Positions 17,876 to 28,018 of a stretch of 64,000 bases of DNA are shown piece after piece. The first letter of the stretch is position 1. Every line of letters begins with the position of its first letter. The stretch is from positions 3,486 to 67,485 of the forward strand of contig URQD01000001.1 in NCBI GenBank assembly GCA_900549905.1, read 5' to 3'. Under the pieces are notes generated by a model. That model was not told where the DNA came from. It saw only the letters and a program-made list of their open reading frames with translations, and did not search any database. This stretch comes from an uncultured Collinsella sp. GTDB taxonomy: Bacteria; Actinomycetota; Coriobacteriia; Coriobacteriales; Coriobacteriaceae. Made by a program: the position numbers and the translations under genes.

Positions 17876-19018
17876 GTGATCTGCCCGCATTGCCTTAAGA
17901 CTATCGAGGACGGCGCCTCGTTCTGCCCCTACTGCAACGCCTATGTGGGTCCGGGCGATGGTCCCGAGCACACCGAGTTTGTGTTCTGTGAGGGCTGCGG
18001 TGCCCGTCTTTCTCCGCATGATCGTACGTGCCCCAAATGCGGACGCCCCGCTCCGGGTATCCTCTCCGAGGACACGGCCGCATCCGACCTGGCAGCGGGC
18101 CGCACGGCGGGCTTTCCGCGCCTAACGCAAGAGCAGATCGATACCGAGGTGCCGCATGCGCCAGCCTCTGCCGCCGCGGTGCTTTCAGACGCCGCCGACC
18201 CCAATGAGACCTGCGTGCTGCCGGCTTTCGATAAGGATTTCGGTATCCCCAAGGTCGTTATTCCCACGCCGGTTTCACTGCACGACGATCCTCAAAAACC
18301 CAAGCGTAAGGTGCATCCCGACGAGGACGCCTATCACAAGCACAAGCGTCATATTCCCAAGCCGCTCATTATCATCGCGGTCCTTGCCGTCGTGTGCGGT
18401 GGTGCCTATTGGTTCGTGACGACCGATCCTATGGGTGTCATGCCTGGCTTCTACGACCAGTTTGGCCAAGCTGCACAAACCACCTTCCCCACGCGTCAAA
18501 AGGGCGAGGCGATTGAGGACGATACCAAGCAGGACGATTCTGCCGAGGTGGTCCAGGAAGAAACCGTGCTCACCGATGATCAGCTCTATACCAGGCTCGA
18601 CGGTCTGTATCAGACCATCGTGTCCTACGCTGACGAGGACCAGATTGGCGAGGTCATCGATTCCTTTAACAATGGTTATCTCCGAACGCCGCTGTCCACC
18701 CGTCAGGAGCTGTCGCAGAGTGCCTACGCCCTGCGCGACCAGATCAAAAAGACGCAAGATGAGCTCAACAATCTTAAGTATCAGGACGATACGGTCTATG
18801 CGGACGACATCGCCCACTTAAAGCAGCTTGCCGAGTGGATGTATGAGCGCGTTGACGTGATCTGCCAGAGCTGGGATATCTCGCTGGCCATTCCCGATGG
18901 CGAGTCGATGAGTTCCCACCAAAGCGAGATCCTGGCGCCCATCGCGCAGGGTGGCAACAGCGCGCTGAACCAGTACGACGCCAATGTGGGTTCCTGGAAG
19001 CCGCAGCAGCGTTCCTAA
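17876..19018 (+). CDS. Double zinc-ribbon, single-TM hypothetical protein
   Basis: Four CxxC pairs (CPHC/CPYC, CEGC/CPKC); basic patch then a hydrophobic helix LIIIAVLAVVCGGAYWF; acidic helical C-terminus. Confidence 0.8.
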   Translation: MICPHCLKTIEDGASFCPYCNAYVGPGDGPEHTEFVFCEGCGARLSPHDRTCPKCGRPAPGILSEDTAASDLAAGRTAGFPRLTQEQIDTEVPHAPASAAAVLSDAADPNETCVLPAFDKDFGIPKVVIPTPVSLHDDPQKPKRKVHPDEDAYHKHKRHIPKPLIIIAVLAVVCGGAYWFVTTDPMGVMPGFYDQFGQAAQTTFPTRQKGEAIEDDTKQDDSAEVVQEETVLTDDQLYTRLDGLYQTIVSYADEDQIGEVIDSFNNGYLRTPLSTRQELSQSAYALRDQIKKTQDELNNLKYQDDTVYADDIAHLKQLAEWMYERVDVICQSWDISLAIPDGESMSSHQSEILAPIAQGGNSALNQYDANVGSWKPQQRS

Positions 19019-19125
19019 AATTAGTTCGCCATAGTCGGCATAACCTACGTGCGCAATTGATGTAAGCCCGTGCTTATTGCTACAATTCGTACAAATATGC
19101 TTTAAACGCACGAGGAGGGAACCAC

Positions 19126-19668
19126 ATGTTTGGTTTTAAGAAAGAGCTCTACACGCCCGAGTATCAGCTTATCGGCGACGAGTGCGCCGTAATCGAGACG
19201 TCGAAGGGTACCATCAAGGTCAAGTTTGACGGCGAGGGCGCTCCCATTCATGTCGCTAACTTCTGCGAGCTTTCCACGATGGGCTTCTATGATGGCCTTA
19301 AGTTCCATCGCTATGTGCCCGGTTTTGTTATCCAGGGCGGCGACCCCAATACCCGCGACATGTCCGGCGCCGACGTCGCTGCCGGTCTTGAGGGCCCCGA
19401 CGGCATGCCCGGCACCGGTGGTCCCGGCTACTGCATCAAGGGCGAGTTTGCCACCAATCCGCGCAACAGCCATGTCGATGGCGCCCTTGCCATGGCACGC
19501 TCCATGGATCCCGATTCCGCGGGTTCGCAGTTCTACTTCTGCCTGGGTGCCCAGCATAACCTCGATTCTGGTTACACCGTCTTTGGTACCACGGTCGAGG
19601 GTCTCGATGTGATTTCGCAGCTGCGTGCCGGCGACGAGATCGTCCATGTCGAGATCGTTCACGAGTAA
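19126..19668 (+). CDS. ppiB: Cyclophilin-type peptidyl-prolyl isomerase
   Basis: FYDGLKFHRYVPGFVIQGGDP, GTGGPGY, LAMAR, SAGSQF, YTVFG motifs; TTGATG-18-TACAAT promoter upstream. Confidence 0.93.
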   Translation: MFGFKKELYTPEYQLIGDECAVIETSKGTIKVKFDGEGAPIHVANFCELSTMGFYDGLKFHRYVPGFVIQGGDPNTRDMSGADVAAGLEGPDGMPGTGGPGYCIKGEFATNPRNSHVDGALAMARSMDPDSAGSQFYFCLGAQHNLDSGYTVFGTTVEGLDVISQLRAGDEIVHVEIVHE

Positions 19669-19679
19669 AGGGGACTTCC

Positions 19680-20984
19680 TTGAATAGCCAGCTGATCCAA
19701 CAGGGCCGCGCCGCTTACCGCGCGGGTGATTTTTCTGCTGCAGCCCAGATGCTTGGGGCGGCAAAGACTCCCGATGAGATTATGGGCGAGGCCGATCACC
19801 TTCGTGGCAACGCCTTGATGCACCTGGGCATGTATGCCGAGGCCGCCGAGGCCTATGCCGCCGCCCTCAACGACGGTACCTACGGCAAGCGCGGCGCGCT
19901 GCTCACCAACCGCGGCAAGGCGCTCGCCGCCGTGGGCGACTACACGACGGCCGCCCAGGCGTTCTCTGCCGCTACGCAGGATGCTTCCTATGCCACGCCG
20001 TTCAAGGCCTATCTGGGCCTGGGCAATGCGCTGTTCCAGTCGGGCGACTATGCCAACGCGGGAACCGCCTTCCGTCAGGCTGCCATCGACGGCGCCAATC
20101 CGGCTCCTGCCGCCGCACTCGGCGAGCTCGGTCGTTGCTTCATTAAGCTCGGCCGTCCGGCGGATGCCGTGGAGACTTACCGCACGGCTATCGACTTTGC
20201 CGGCCCCCGCGACGACACGCGTGCGCTCAACGCCGGCATGGGTCAGGCGCTTTCTGCCGCCGGCCGTCCCTCCGACGCACTCGACGCCTTTAATGCCGCT
20301 ACTGCCGATGGCATCTACCAGCTCACCTCCGAGCAGGCCGATGAGCTTGCCCGCGTGCAGGATTCGCTTGCCGCGCTGTCTGCCCAGACGGCTATGGCCA
20401 CCGCTCCGGCGCCCGCGATGGACGCTCCTGCCGTCGATCCGCTCGATCCTACGGGCGCGACCGGTCAGTTTATGCCTGATCCCTCGGACACCGGCTTCTT
20501 TACGCTGTCCGAGTCTGAGATGGTCCAGCAGGACCGTCAGGATCGTAAGCAGGCCAAGGTCCGTCGTCGCCATCGCCATACGGGTCTCAAAGTCTTCATC
20601 GTGCTGCTTCTGCTCATTTTGATCGCCGCGGGCGGTCTGGGCTTTGCCTACACGCGCGGCTTTGGCTTCCCGTCTCAGGAGTCTGTCGTTACCGATCTGT
20701 TCCAGGCTGCCGGCGACGGTGACGCCGCAAAGGCCGAGTCTTGCCTGGCCTCGAGCCTGTCCGAGGACGCTAAGTCGATGATCATCTCCTCGATTCCGCA
20801 GGGTGCCACCGTGTCCGTCGAGGGCATGGATCAGTCCATGACCGAGACGACCGCCAAGGTGAAGGCATCGCTGTCCAAGGGCGGCGAGCAGGAGTACACC
20901 GTCAAATTCGTGCGCTCCGACAACCATATCGGCTGGGCCGTTTCTTCGCTCGATATGGATTTCTCGGCTGCTGACAACCAGTAG
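19680..20984 (+). CDS. TPR-repeat protein with one TM helix and a small C-terminal domain
   Basis: Ala-rich TPR pattern (LRGNALMHLGMYAEAAEAY, LGNALFQSGDYANAGTAF); RRRHRH then a hydrophobic helix. Confidence 0.82.
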   Translation: MNSQLIQQGRAAYRAGDFSAAAQMLGAAKTPDEIMGEADHLRGNALMHLGMYAEAAEAYAAALNDGTYGKRGALLTNRGKALAAVGDYTTAAQAFSAATQDASYATPFKAYLGLGNALFQSGDYANAGTAFRQAAIDGANPAPAAALGELGRCFIKLGRPADAVETYRTAIDFAGPRDDTRALNAGMGQALSAAGRPSDALDAFNAATADGIYQLTSEQADELARVQDSLAALSAQTAMATAPAPAMDAPAVDPLDPTGATGQFMPDPSDTGFFTLSESEMVQQDRQDRKQAKVRRRHRHTGLKVFIVLLLLILIAAGGLGFAYTRGFGFPSQESVVTDLFQAAGDGDAAKAESCLASSLSEDAKSMIISSIPQGATVSVEGMDQSMTETTAKVKASLSKGGEQEYTVKFVRSDNHIGWAVSSLDMDFSAADNQ

Positions 20985-21006
20985 TGACCTTATGGGATTT
21001 AGCTTT

Positions 21007-21041
21007 GCCCGGCGCTTCACCGCAAGTGAGGTGCCGGGCTT
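21007..21041 (+). terminator. GC-rich hairpin between the TPR gene and mreB (weak U tract)
   Basis: GCCCGGCGCTTCAC/GTGAGGTGCCGGGC stem. Confidence 0.45.
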
Positions 21042-21099
21042 GCGCTAGTATGATGGGCTAGTAGTTTTCCAGCAATCATCCAACACATCAGGAGTTGCG

Positions 21100-22143
21100 T
21101 TGTTTTCTTTGATGGATATGTTCTTCGGTAGCTATGCGGGCGATCTTGCCATCGACCTCGGCACCGCAAATACGCTTGTCTCCGTGCGCGGCAAGGGCAT
21201 CGTCATTCGCGAGCCCTCTGTTGTCGCCATCGACAAGAACGACGAGCGCATCTTGGCGGTCGGTATCGAGGCAAAGCGCATGCTCGGCCGTACGCCCGGC
21301 AACATCGTGGCCGTTCGTCCCCTGAAGGACGGCGTCATCGCCGACTTCGATGTTACCGAGGCCATGCTTCGCTACTTTATCGACAAGGCGTCCGAGAAGC
21401 GCTATCCGTGGACTCCGCGTCCGCGTGTCGTCGTCTGCGTTCCCTCCGGTGTCACGTCGGTCGAGAAGCGCGCTGTCTTTGAGGCCACGATCCAGGCCGG
21501 TGCCCGCCAGGCCTATCTGATCGAAGAGCCTATGGCAGCCGCTATCGGCGCCGACCTGCCCGTCGAGGAACCCACCGGCTCCATGGTCATCGACATCGGC
21601 GGCGGTACCACCGAGGTTGCCGTTATCGCTATGGGCGGCATCGTCGTCTCGCAGTCCATCCGTATTGCCGGCGACGAGTTCGATCAGGCCATCCTCACGC
21701 ACGTTCGTGACGCCTACAACCTGGCCATCGGCGAGCGTACGGCAGAGGACATCAAGATCAAGGTCGGCTCCGCCGTGCCGCTCAAGGATGAGCTCGACGT
21801 CGAGGTCAACGGCCGCGACGTGATCACCGGTCTGCCCAAGACCGTGCGCATCGAGAGCGAGGAGATTCGTCGCGCACTCAACAAGCCGCTCGACGAGATG
21901 GCCAAGGCCGTCAAGGACGCACTCGACGCTACGCCTCCCGATCTTGCCTCGGACCTTATGTACTATGGCATTTTGCTGACCGGTGGCGGCGCGCTGCTGC
22001 GCGGTCTCGATGTGCGCCTGCGCGATGAGACCGGCGTTTCGGTCAACGTCAGCCCCACGGCGCTCGATAACGTTGTTAACGGCTGTGCCCGCGTGCTCGA
22101 GGCCAATGCGTTTGATGGCGGCTTCGTCCAGACCAATGCTTAA
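21100..22143 (+). CDS. mreB: Rod shape-determining actin homologue
   Basis: IDLGTANT, RPLKDGVIADF, IEEPMAAAIGA, DIGGGTTE, TGGGALL motifs. Confidence 0.98.
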   Translation: MFSLMDMFFGSYAGDLAIDLGTANTLVSVRGKGIVIREPSVVAIDKNDERILAVGIEAKRMLGRTPGNIVAVRPLKDGVIADFDVTEAMLRYFIDKASEKRYPWTPRPRVVVCVPSGVTSVEKRAVFEATIQAGARQAYLIEEPMAAAIGADLPVEEPTGSMVIDIGGGTTEVAVIAMGGIVVSQSIRIAGDEFDQAILTHVRDAYNLAIGERTAEDIKIKVGSAVPLKDELDVEVNGRDVITGLPKTVRIESEEIRRALNKPLDEMAKAVKDALDATPPDLASDLMYYGILLTGGGALLRGLDVRLRDETGVSVNVSPTALDNVVNGCARVLEANAFDGGFVQTNA

Positions 22144-22164
22144 TTTCCAAAAGGTGGATTCCAT

Positions 22165-23163
22165 TTGGCACGATCTTCGGGTTTCTCCACAAATCTGAAT
22201 ACCAAGCGACAATCAACGGGTATGCGCCCGTTGATTGTTTTCAGCCTGATTTCGGTGTTGCTGCTCACGTTTTACATCCGCGAGGGCGAGGCAGGACCGA
22301 TTCATGCCGTGCGCTCGGGCGTGACGACGATTACCTCGCCGGTGCGCTTTGTGGGCTCGGCTGTGGCGGCTCCCTTCAATGCGATCGGTAACGTGTTCTC
22401 TAACCTTACGGCGTCGCAGGACACGCTTGACGAGCTTAAGAAGCAAAACGAGGAACTGACCTCTAAGGTTGCCGAGCTCTCCGAGGCTCAAAAGACCGCC
22501 GAGCGACTGGAGGGGCTGGTCGGCCTGCAGTCGACCTACAACCTCAAATCAACCGCAGCTCGTATCGTCGGCGCTTCGGGCGATGCCTGGACCTCGACCG
22601 TCACCATCGATAAGGGTTCTGCCGACGGTCTTACCATCAACATGCCTGTGACGAGTTCTGCCGGTGTCATAGGCCAGATTATCGAGGTCTCGGCCAAGAC
22701 GTCCACCGTGCGCCTGATTGGCGATGAGAACTCGGGCGTGTCCGCTATGGTGCAGGACACGCGCGCCCAGGGCATGCTGCAGGGTCAGGCTGACGGCACG
22801 CTGCGTCTTGAGTACGTGAGCGTCGATTCCGACGTTAAGGTTGGCGACATCATCGTGACCTCGGGCATTGGCGGTGTGTTCCCCAAGGGTCTACCGCTCG
22901 GCACCGTCTCGTCTGTTGAGAAATCGGCTAACGACGTGTACTACACCATTGTGGTGCGCGCCCAGACGACGGCCGAGAACAACGAGGAAGTGCTGGTCAT
23001 TACCTCGCTGACCGACGAACAGTCGGCCTCGGATGAGGACATGAACACGGCCAACAGCACGCCGCAGGGAACGTCGCGCGATGCTGCGACCAAGACGAAG
23101 GACGAGAGCCCGGATGACAGTTCCGACACGTCCGAGACGACCGATTCCGGCTCGAGCGAATAG
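22165..23163 (+). CDS. mreC: Rod shape-determining protein MreC
   Basis: TM helix, coiled coil, TIDKGS..G, VTSGIGGVFPKGLPLG; directly after mreB. Confidence 0.95.
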   Translation: MARSSGFSTNLNTKRQSTGMRPLIVFSLISVLLLTFYIREGEAGPIHAVRSGVTTITSPVRFVGSAVAAPFNAIGNVFSNLTASQDTLDELKKQNEELTSKVAELSEAQKTAERLEGLVGLQSTYNLKSTAARIVGASGDAWTSTVTIDKGSADGLTINMPVTSSAGVIGQIIEVSAKTSTVRLIGDENSGVSAMVQDTRAQGMLQGQADGTLRLEYVSVDSDVKVGDIIVTSGIGGVFPKGLPLGTVSSVEKSANDVYYTIVVRAQTTAENNEEVLVITSLTDEQSASDEDMNTANSTPQGTSRDAATKTKDESPDDSSDTSETTDSGSSE

Positions 23164-23168
23164 GGGGC

Positions 23169-23741
23169 ATGTCCATGGATCTACACGAGCAGGGGATGAA
23201 CTCCCGCACGTTTGTAATCGCCGCCATTGTGTGCGTGCTGCTGCAGGCAGGCCTGGCACCGCAGATCTCCATTGCGGGCGGTCGCGTCAACTTTATGATT
23301 ATCCTGGTGTGCCTAAGCGTGTTCTCGGGCGACCCGACCCGTGCCGTCGTGTGCGGTTTTTGCAGCGGCTTGTTCTATGACCTTTCCGCTGCCGTGCCGG
23401 TGGGCGTTATGTCGCTCCTGCTGACCGTGGGTTCTTTTGCCCTGGTGCATAGCGCTGCCGGTCAGACGGGCGGTGCCCCGAGTGCGCGCGGCATCACGGT
23501 GGGCGCCTTCGCGTTCGTCATTAATGTGATCTACAGCATCATCTTGCTGTTTATGGGTTTGGAGACGAGCTTTGTCGTGGCGATCTTCGGCCATGCGCTG
23601 CCGTCTTCGATCCTGACGGGTCTGGTTGCCATTCCGTTTTTGATGTCCGGCGTCGTGCCGCAGTCCGGTTATGGATTCTCCGCACGTGGCGGACGCCAGA
23701 CGGGCATGCGCTTTAAGCCCAAGACCCGTAAGCTCAAATAG
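23169..23741 (+). CDS. mreD: Rod shape-determining protein MreD
   Basis: Hydrophobic 190-aa protein with GFCSGLFYDL; between mreC and mrdA. Confidence 0.85.
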   Translation: MSMDLHEQGMNSRTFVIAAIVCVLLQAGLAPQISIAGGRVNFMIILVCLSVFSGDPTRAVVCGFCSGLFYDLSAAVPVGVMSLLLTVGSFALVHSAAGQTGGAPSARGITVGAFAFVINVIYSIILLFMGLETSFVVAIFGHALPSSILTGLVAIPFLMSGVVPQSGYGFSARGGRQTGMRFKPKTRKLK

Positions 23742-23754
23742 GGGAGGCTCGTAG

Positions 23755-25824
23755 ATGTCTTCCCAGATGACGGTTATTATCGCCGGTATCGTGCTGGTTG
23801 TGGCCATCGTGGTCGCACTGGTCATTATGCGTCGCGGCGATTCTCGTTTTACCTACGATACGCAGCATGGGACGGCCCCGCGCGCCACCGAGGGCGAGGG
23901 CAATACCGCGGCGACCGCCTTTAAGGGCCGCTTCTCCATCCTCACCACGGGTGTGGGCGCGATGTTCGCGGCGCTTGCCGTCAAGCTGTGGGGCATGCAG
24001 ATGGTCTCGTCGGACTATTACGAAAAGCAGGCTAATAGCAATCAGACGCGCACCGTTACCACACCCGCTGTGCGCGGCCGCATCCTCGACCGCAATGGCG
24101 TGGCGCTTGTCCAGAACCGTCCCTCACTTGCTGTCGTGGCCTACCGCGACCTTGCCGAGGATGAGGTTCTGGTTCGCCATCTTGCCAACGTGCTCGGTAT
24201 GCCCTACGTGGCGGTGCTGCGCAATATTCAGGACAATTCCGAGGGCGCTCAGAGCCTGCATACCATCGCGACGGACGTCCGTCGCTCCACGGTTGCCTAT
24301 ATTCAGGAGCACGCCGGCGAGTTCCCGGGCGTCAAGATTGCCGAGCGTACCGAGCGCCAGTATCCATATGGCGAGACGGCATGCCATATCTTGGGCTATA
24401 CCGGCACCATTACCTCCGAGCAGCTCGAGGCCCAGAATAAGAAAACCTCTGGTGATGATGATGCTTCTGCTGGCCGGATTACGTACCAGTCGGGCGATAT
24501 CGTGGGCCAGGCGGGTGTTGAGAGCTACTACGAAAACCTGCTGCAGGGTATTCGTGGCGAGCAGACCGTCAAGGTCGATGCCTCGGGCAATGTGACCGGT
24601 CAGGCCGGCGCCGTGCCCGCCAAGGCCGGCTCCGACATTAAGCTCACGCTCGATCTTAAGATCCAACAGGCCTGTGAGACGGCGCTGGCGAGCGCCATCG
24701 AGCTTGCCAAGACCACTGGCTACAGCAATGCCGGCAACGGCGCTGTGGTGTGTCTCGATCCCAACAATGGCGAGATCCTGGGCATGGCGAGTGAGCCCAA
24801 GTTCGATCCGTCCGTCTTTATCGGCGGCGTCTCAAATGACGTGTGGACCGAGCTCAATGATGACAAGGGTTCGCACCCGCTGCTCAACCGCGCCATTAGC
24901 GGACAGTACATGTCGGCCTCGACCATCAAGCCGCTCTCGGCACTGGCCGGTCTTGAGTTTGGAACCTACACTTCAACGCAGACAACCAACTGCACGGGCT
25001 ATTGGACGGGCCTGGGCAAGGCTTGGGGCAAGCGCTGCTGGCTGACGTCTGGCCACGGCACCATGACGCTGCAGTCGGGTATCGCCAACTCGTGCGACCC
25101 CGTCTTCTACGACATGGGCAAGGCCTTCTTTTATGACGAGCAACATTCCGAGGGCCTGCAGGAGGTCTTTCGTCGCTGGGGCCTAGGCAAGACCTGCGGT
25201 ATCGATCTGCCGAGTGAGGGCGCGGGCCGTATTCCCGATGCCGAGTGGAAAGAGTCGTACTTTACCGACGCCTCTGCCGAGGACCGCAAGTGGAATGCCG
25301 GCGATATGACCAACATTGCCATCGGCCAAGGCGACATCCTGGTGACGCCCCTGCAGATGGCGTGCGCCTATATGGGTCTTGCCAACGGCGGCAAACAGTA
25401 CGTGCCTCACGTGTTTTTGTCTGCCGTGTCGCGCGATGGCGACGGCGATGCCTATAAGTACAACGGCAAGGGCAAGAAGAAGCGCCTGGAGGCCAAGATC
25501 AACAGCGATTCGGATTTGACTCTTGTTCGCAACGGCATGCACGACGTGATTTACACGGCATCGACGTCCCTGGCGGCTCACTTTGGCACCCTGACGCCGC
25601 AGGTATACGGCAAGTCGGGCACGGGCGAGAAAAGCGGCGAGGACGAATACGCGTGGTTCTGCGCCTATGCGCCGGCCGATGATCCCAAGTATGTCATCGC
25701 TACTGTCCTGGAGCAGGGCGGCGGTGGCTCAGATACCGCGATGCATGTCGTGCGCGACGTGCTCGGCGCGATTTATGACGAGCCCGATACCTCTTCGGCC
25801 TCGGGCGATTCTTCGGTTCGATAG
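23755..25824 (+). CDS. mrdA: Penicillin-binding protein 2
   Basis: RGRILDRNG; SxxK (STIK); SxD variant of SxN (SCD); KSG. Confidence 0.95.
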   Translation: MSSQMTVIIAGIVLVVAIVVALVIMRRGDSRFTYDTQHGTAPRATEGEGNTAATAFKGRFSILTTGVGAMFAALAVKLWGMQMVSSDYYEKQANSNQTRTVTTPAVRGRILDRNGVALVQNRPSLAVVAYRDLAEDEVLVRHLANVLGMPYVAVLRNIQDNSEGAQSLHTIATDVRRSTVAYIQEHAGEFPGVKIAERTERQYPYGETACHILGYTGTITSEQLEAQNKKTSGDDDASAGRITYQSGDIVGQAGVESYYENLLQGIRGEQTVKVDASGNVTGQAGAVPAKAGSDIKLTLDLKIQQACETALASAIELAKTTGYSNAGNGAVVCLDPNNGEILGMASEPKFDPSVFIGGVSNDVWTELNDDKGSHPLLNRAISGQYMSASTIKPLSALAGLEFGTYTSTQTTNCTGYWTGLGKAWGKRCWLTSGHGTMTLQSGIANSCDPVFYDMGKAFFYDEQHSEGLQEVFRRWGLGKTCGIDLPSEGAGRIPDAEWKESYFTDASAEDRKWNAGDMTNIAIGQGDILVTPLQMACAYMGLANGGKQYVPHVFLSAVSRDGDGDAYKYNGKGKKKRLEAKINSDSDLTLVRNGMHDVIYTASTSLAAHFGTLTPQVYGKSGTGEKSGEDEYAWFCAYAPADDPKYVIATVLEQGGGGSDTAMHVVRDVLGAIYDEPDTSSASGDSSVR

Positions 25825-25833
25825 GAGGTTGCG

Positions 25834-27060
25834 ATGGATTTTTCTCCGGCGGATCTGTTCCGTTCAACCAAGACCGGCTCTCGCAGCAGCCTGGACCGCG
25901 TCAACAAGCAACTTTCGGCCTCGCGCGGTACGTTTCGCCAAAAGGTGCATATCGGTGTGCTCGTGGCCACAGTGGCGCTCGTCGCCTACGGTGCCATCAT
26001 TATCTGGTCGGCTTCGCAGTTTAAGGCCGATGCCTCGTTCTCACGTCATCTTCTGGGAATTGGCATCGGGACGGTGCTGGCGGTGCTGGTCTGGCGTTCC
26101 GACCTGCGCGGTATTTCCAATTTCTCGACGGCGTTGCTCTTCATCGACCTGATCGTGATCTTCTCGCCCAAGATTCCGGGTCTGTCCTATACGGGCGGTC
26201 TGGGCATGACGGGCTGGATCAAGATTCCCGGTATCGGCTTGACATTCCAGCCGGTTGAGCTTGCCAAGCTCATCACCATCTTCTTTATCGCCACGCTTGG
26301 CTCGCAGTATAACGGCCGCATCGATACCGTTCGCGACTACGTCAAGCTCTGCGGCATGCTGTCCATCCCGTTTTTGGCCGTCGTCGCCATGGGCGACCTG
26401 GGCTCGGGCCTGGTCGTGCTGGTCTCGGGCGCCATCGTCATCTGCATGAGCGGTGCACGCCGCGAATGGGTGCTGTCGACCCTGGCCCTGCTCGTGGGCC
26501 TGGTGGCCCTCGTCCTGGCGCTCGATTCGGTCTTTGATTCGTTGCTCGGCCACGATGTGCTCATCAAGCAGTATCAGATGAACCGTCTGACGGTCTTTAT
26601 CGACCCCGATAATGCCGATTCGGACGATGCCTACAACCTGCAGCAGTCGCTTATCGCCGTTGGCTCGGGCGGCTTCTTTGGTAAGGGTTTGGGCCATGCG
26701 AAGCAGTCGGCCGGCGGCTTTCTGCCTGAGTTCCACACCGACTTCGTCTTCGCCTTCCTGTCCGAGACCTTTGGCTTTTGCGGTTCCTTTTTGCTCCTGT
26801 GCCTCTACGTGCTGCTGATCTTTTCGACGATTCGCGTCGCCTTTAAGTGTGAGTCGCTGTTCTTGCGCCTTTCGTGTGTGGGCATCGTTGGCATGTGGGC
26901 GTTCCAGACCTTCGAAAACATCGGCATGTGCATCGGCATGATGCCGATTACCGGTATTCCGCTACCGTTTATTAGCTTTGGTTCGTCTTCGATGATGATT
27001 CAGCTGCTGACGGTGGGTATCGTACAATCCATATGGCGGCATCGTTCGGGCGCCGCGTAA
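25834..27060 (+). CDS. rodA: SEDS family glycosyltransferase RodA
   Basis: FQPVELAK, AVGSGGFFGKG, LPEFHTDFVF, PITGIPLPFISFG motifs. Confidence 0.95.
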   Translation: MDFSPADLFRSTKTGSRSSLDRVNKQLSASRGTFRQKVHIGVLVATVALVAYGAIIIWSASQFKADASFSRHLLGIGIGTVLAVLVWRSDLRGISNFSTALLFIDLIVIFSPKIPGLSYTGGLGMTGWIKIPGIGLTFQPVELAKLITIFFIATLGSQYNGRIDTVRDYVKLCGMLSIPFLAVVAMGDLGSGLVVLVSGAIVICMSGARREWVLSTLALLVGLVALVLALDSVFDSLLGHDVLIKQYQMNRLTVFIDPDNADSDDAYNLQQSLIAVGSGGFFGKGLGHAKQSAGGFLPEFHTDFVFAFLSETFGFCGSFLLLCLYVLLIFSTIRVAFKCESLFLRLSCVGIVGMWAFQTFENIGMCIGMMPITGIPLPFISFGSSSMMIQLLTVGIVQSIWRHRSGAA

Positions 27061-27078
27061 CCGCTGGAGGGGTTTGCT

Positions 27079-28008
27079 ATGAAAATTCCCGTAGATAAGC
27101 TGACCCGCGCTTTTAAGATGGGCGCGTCCGTTAAGAAGGATTCCGATACGCCGGTGCGCGTCTCGGTCTATTTGGATTCGTCCGCCTCGCGCTTTCTGGC
27201 CGAGACGGTGCGTGACGCCTTTGTGCCGCAGACGACCTCGGGCATTGTGCGCGTCGAGCGTTTGGGGGAGGAGCGAATTGCTCCAAAGACCGATACCGAT
27301 GTGGTACTGGTGCTCTCGTGCGGCTCCGACCGCTTGGAGAGTGCCGTGCAGGAGCTCGTGATCGCCGGCGCGCCCGTGTGCGTGCTTGCCGAGTCTGCTG
27401 TGGAGGTGCCGTTTATCGAGGAGTCCACGCCTATGCTCGGCGTGGTAGCGGCAACCGATAAGACGTATCTGCTCGAGACGCTTGCCCGCTGGATTCTCGA
27501 TCGCACCGAAAAGGAAACGGCTTTTGCGGCGAACTTTGCCTTCATGCGCATCGCGGCGGCCAATCGTATCATCACCTCGTGCGCGCTCACCAATATGGCG
27601 ACCGGTGCGCTGGTGTTTTTGCCGGGCGCCGATTATCCCGTGATGGCGCTGGCGCAGGTGGGCATGCTCTTTGAGCTCGCTGCCGTCTTTGGACGCGGCA
27701 TTAAGCCTGAGCGCGGCTACGAGGTCGCGGGCGTGCTTGCCGGCGGTCTTGTGATCCGCGCGGTCACCCGCGCGCTCGTCAAGCAGACGCCACATATTGG
27801 GTTTGCCGTCAAGGCGCTTACTGCCGCCGCGGGCACCTATGGCATGGGCCGTGCGCTCGTTTCGCTCTACGAGCGCGATGTCGACTACAGCCGTGCCAAC
27901 GAGGTGGTCACTGCCACGTTCTCCCGCGTTCGCGATCTGGTGACCACGGTCGCGGGCGCTACCCGTCCTATGGCGTCCTACGAGGACGCATCCGATCTCG
28001 CTGCTTAG
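27079..28008 (+). CDS. Hypothetical protein with a DUF697-like C-terminal hydrophobic region
   Basis: FLPGADYPVMALAQVGMLFELAAVFG and TYGMGRA resemble DUF697; GGAGG RBS. Confidence 0.65.
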   Translation: MKIPVDKLTRAFKMGASVKKDSDTPVRVSVYLDSSASRFLAETVRDAFVPQTTSGIVRVERLGEERIAPKTDTDVVLVLSCGSDRLESAVQELVIAGAPVCVLAESAVEVPFIEESTPMLGVVAATDKTYLLETLARWILDRTEKETAFAANFAFMRIAAANRIITSCALTNMATGALVFLPGADYPVMALAQVGMLFELAAVFGRGIKPERGYEVAGVLAGGLVIRAVTRALVKQTPHIGFAVKALTAAAGTYGMGRALVSLYERDVDYSRANEVVTATFSRVRDLVTTVAGATRPMASYEDASDLAA

Positions 28009-28018
28009 GGGTTTTCCG

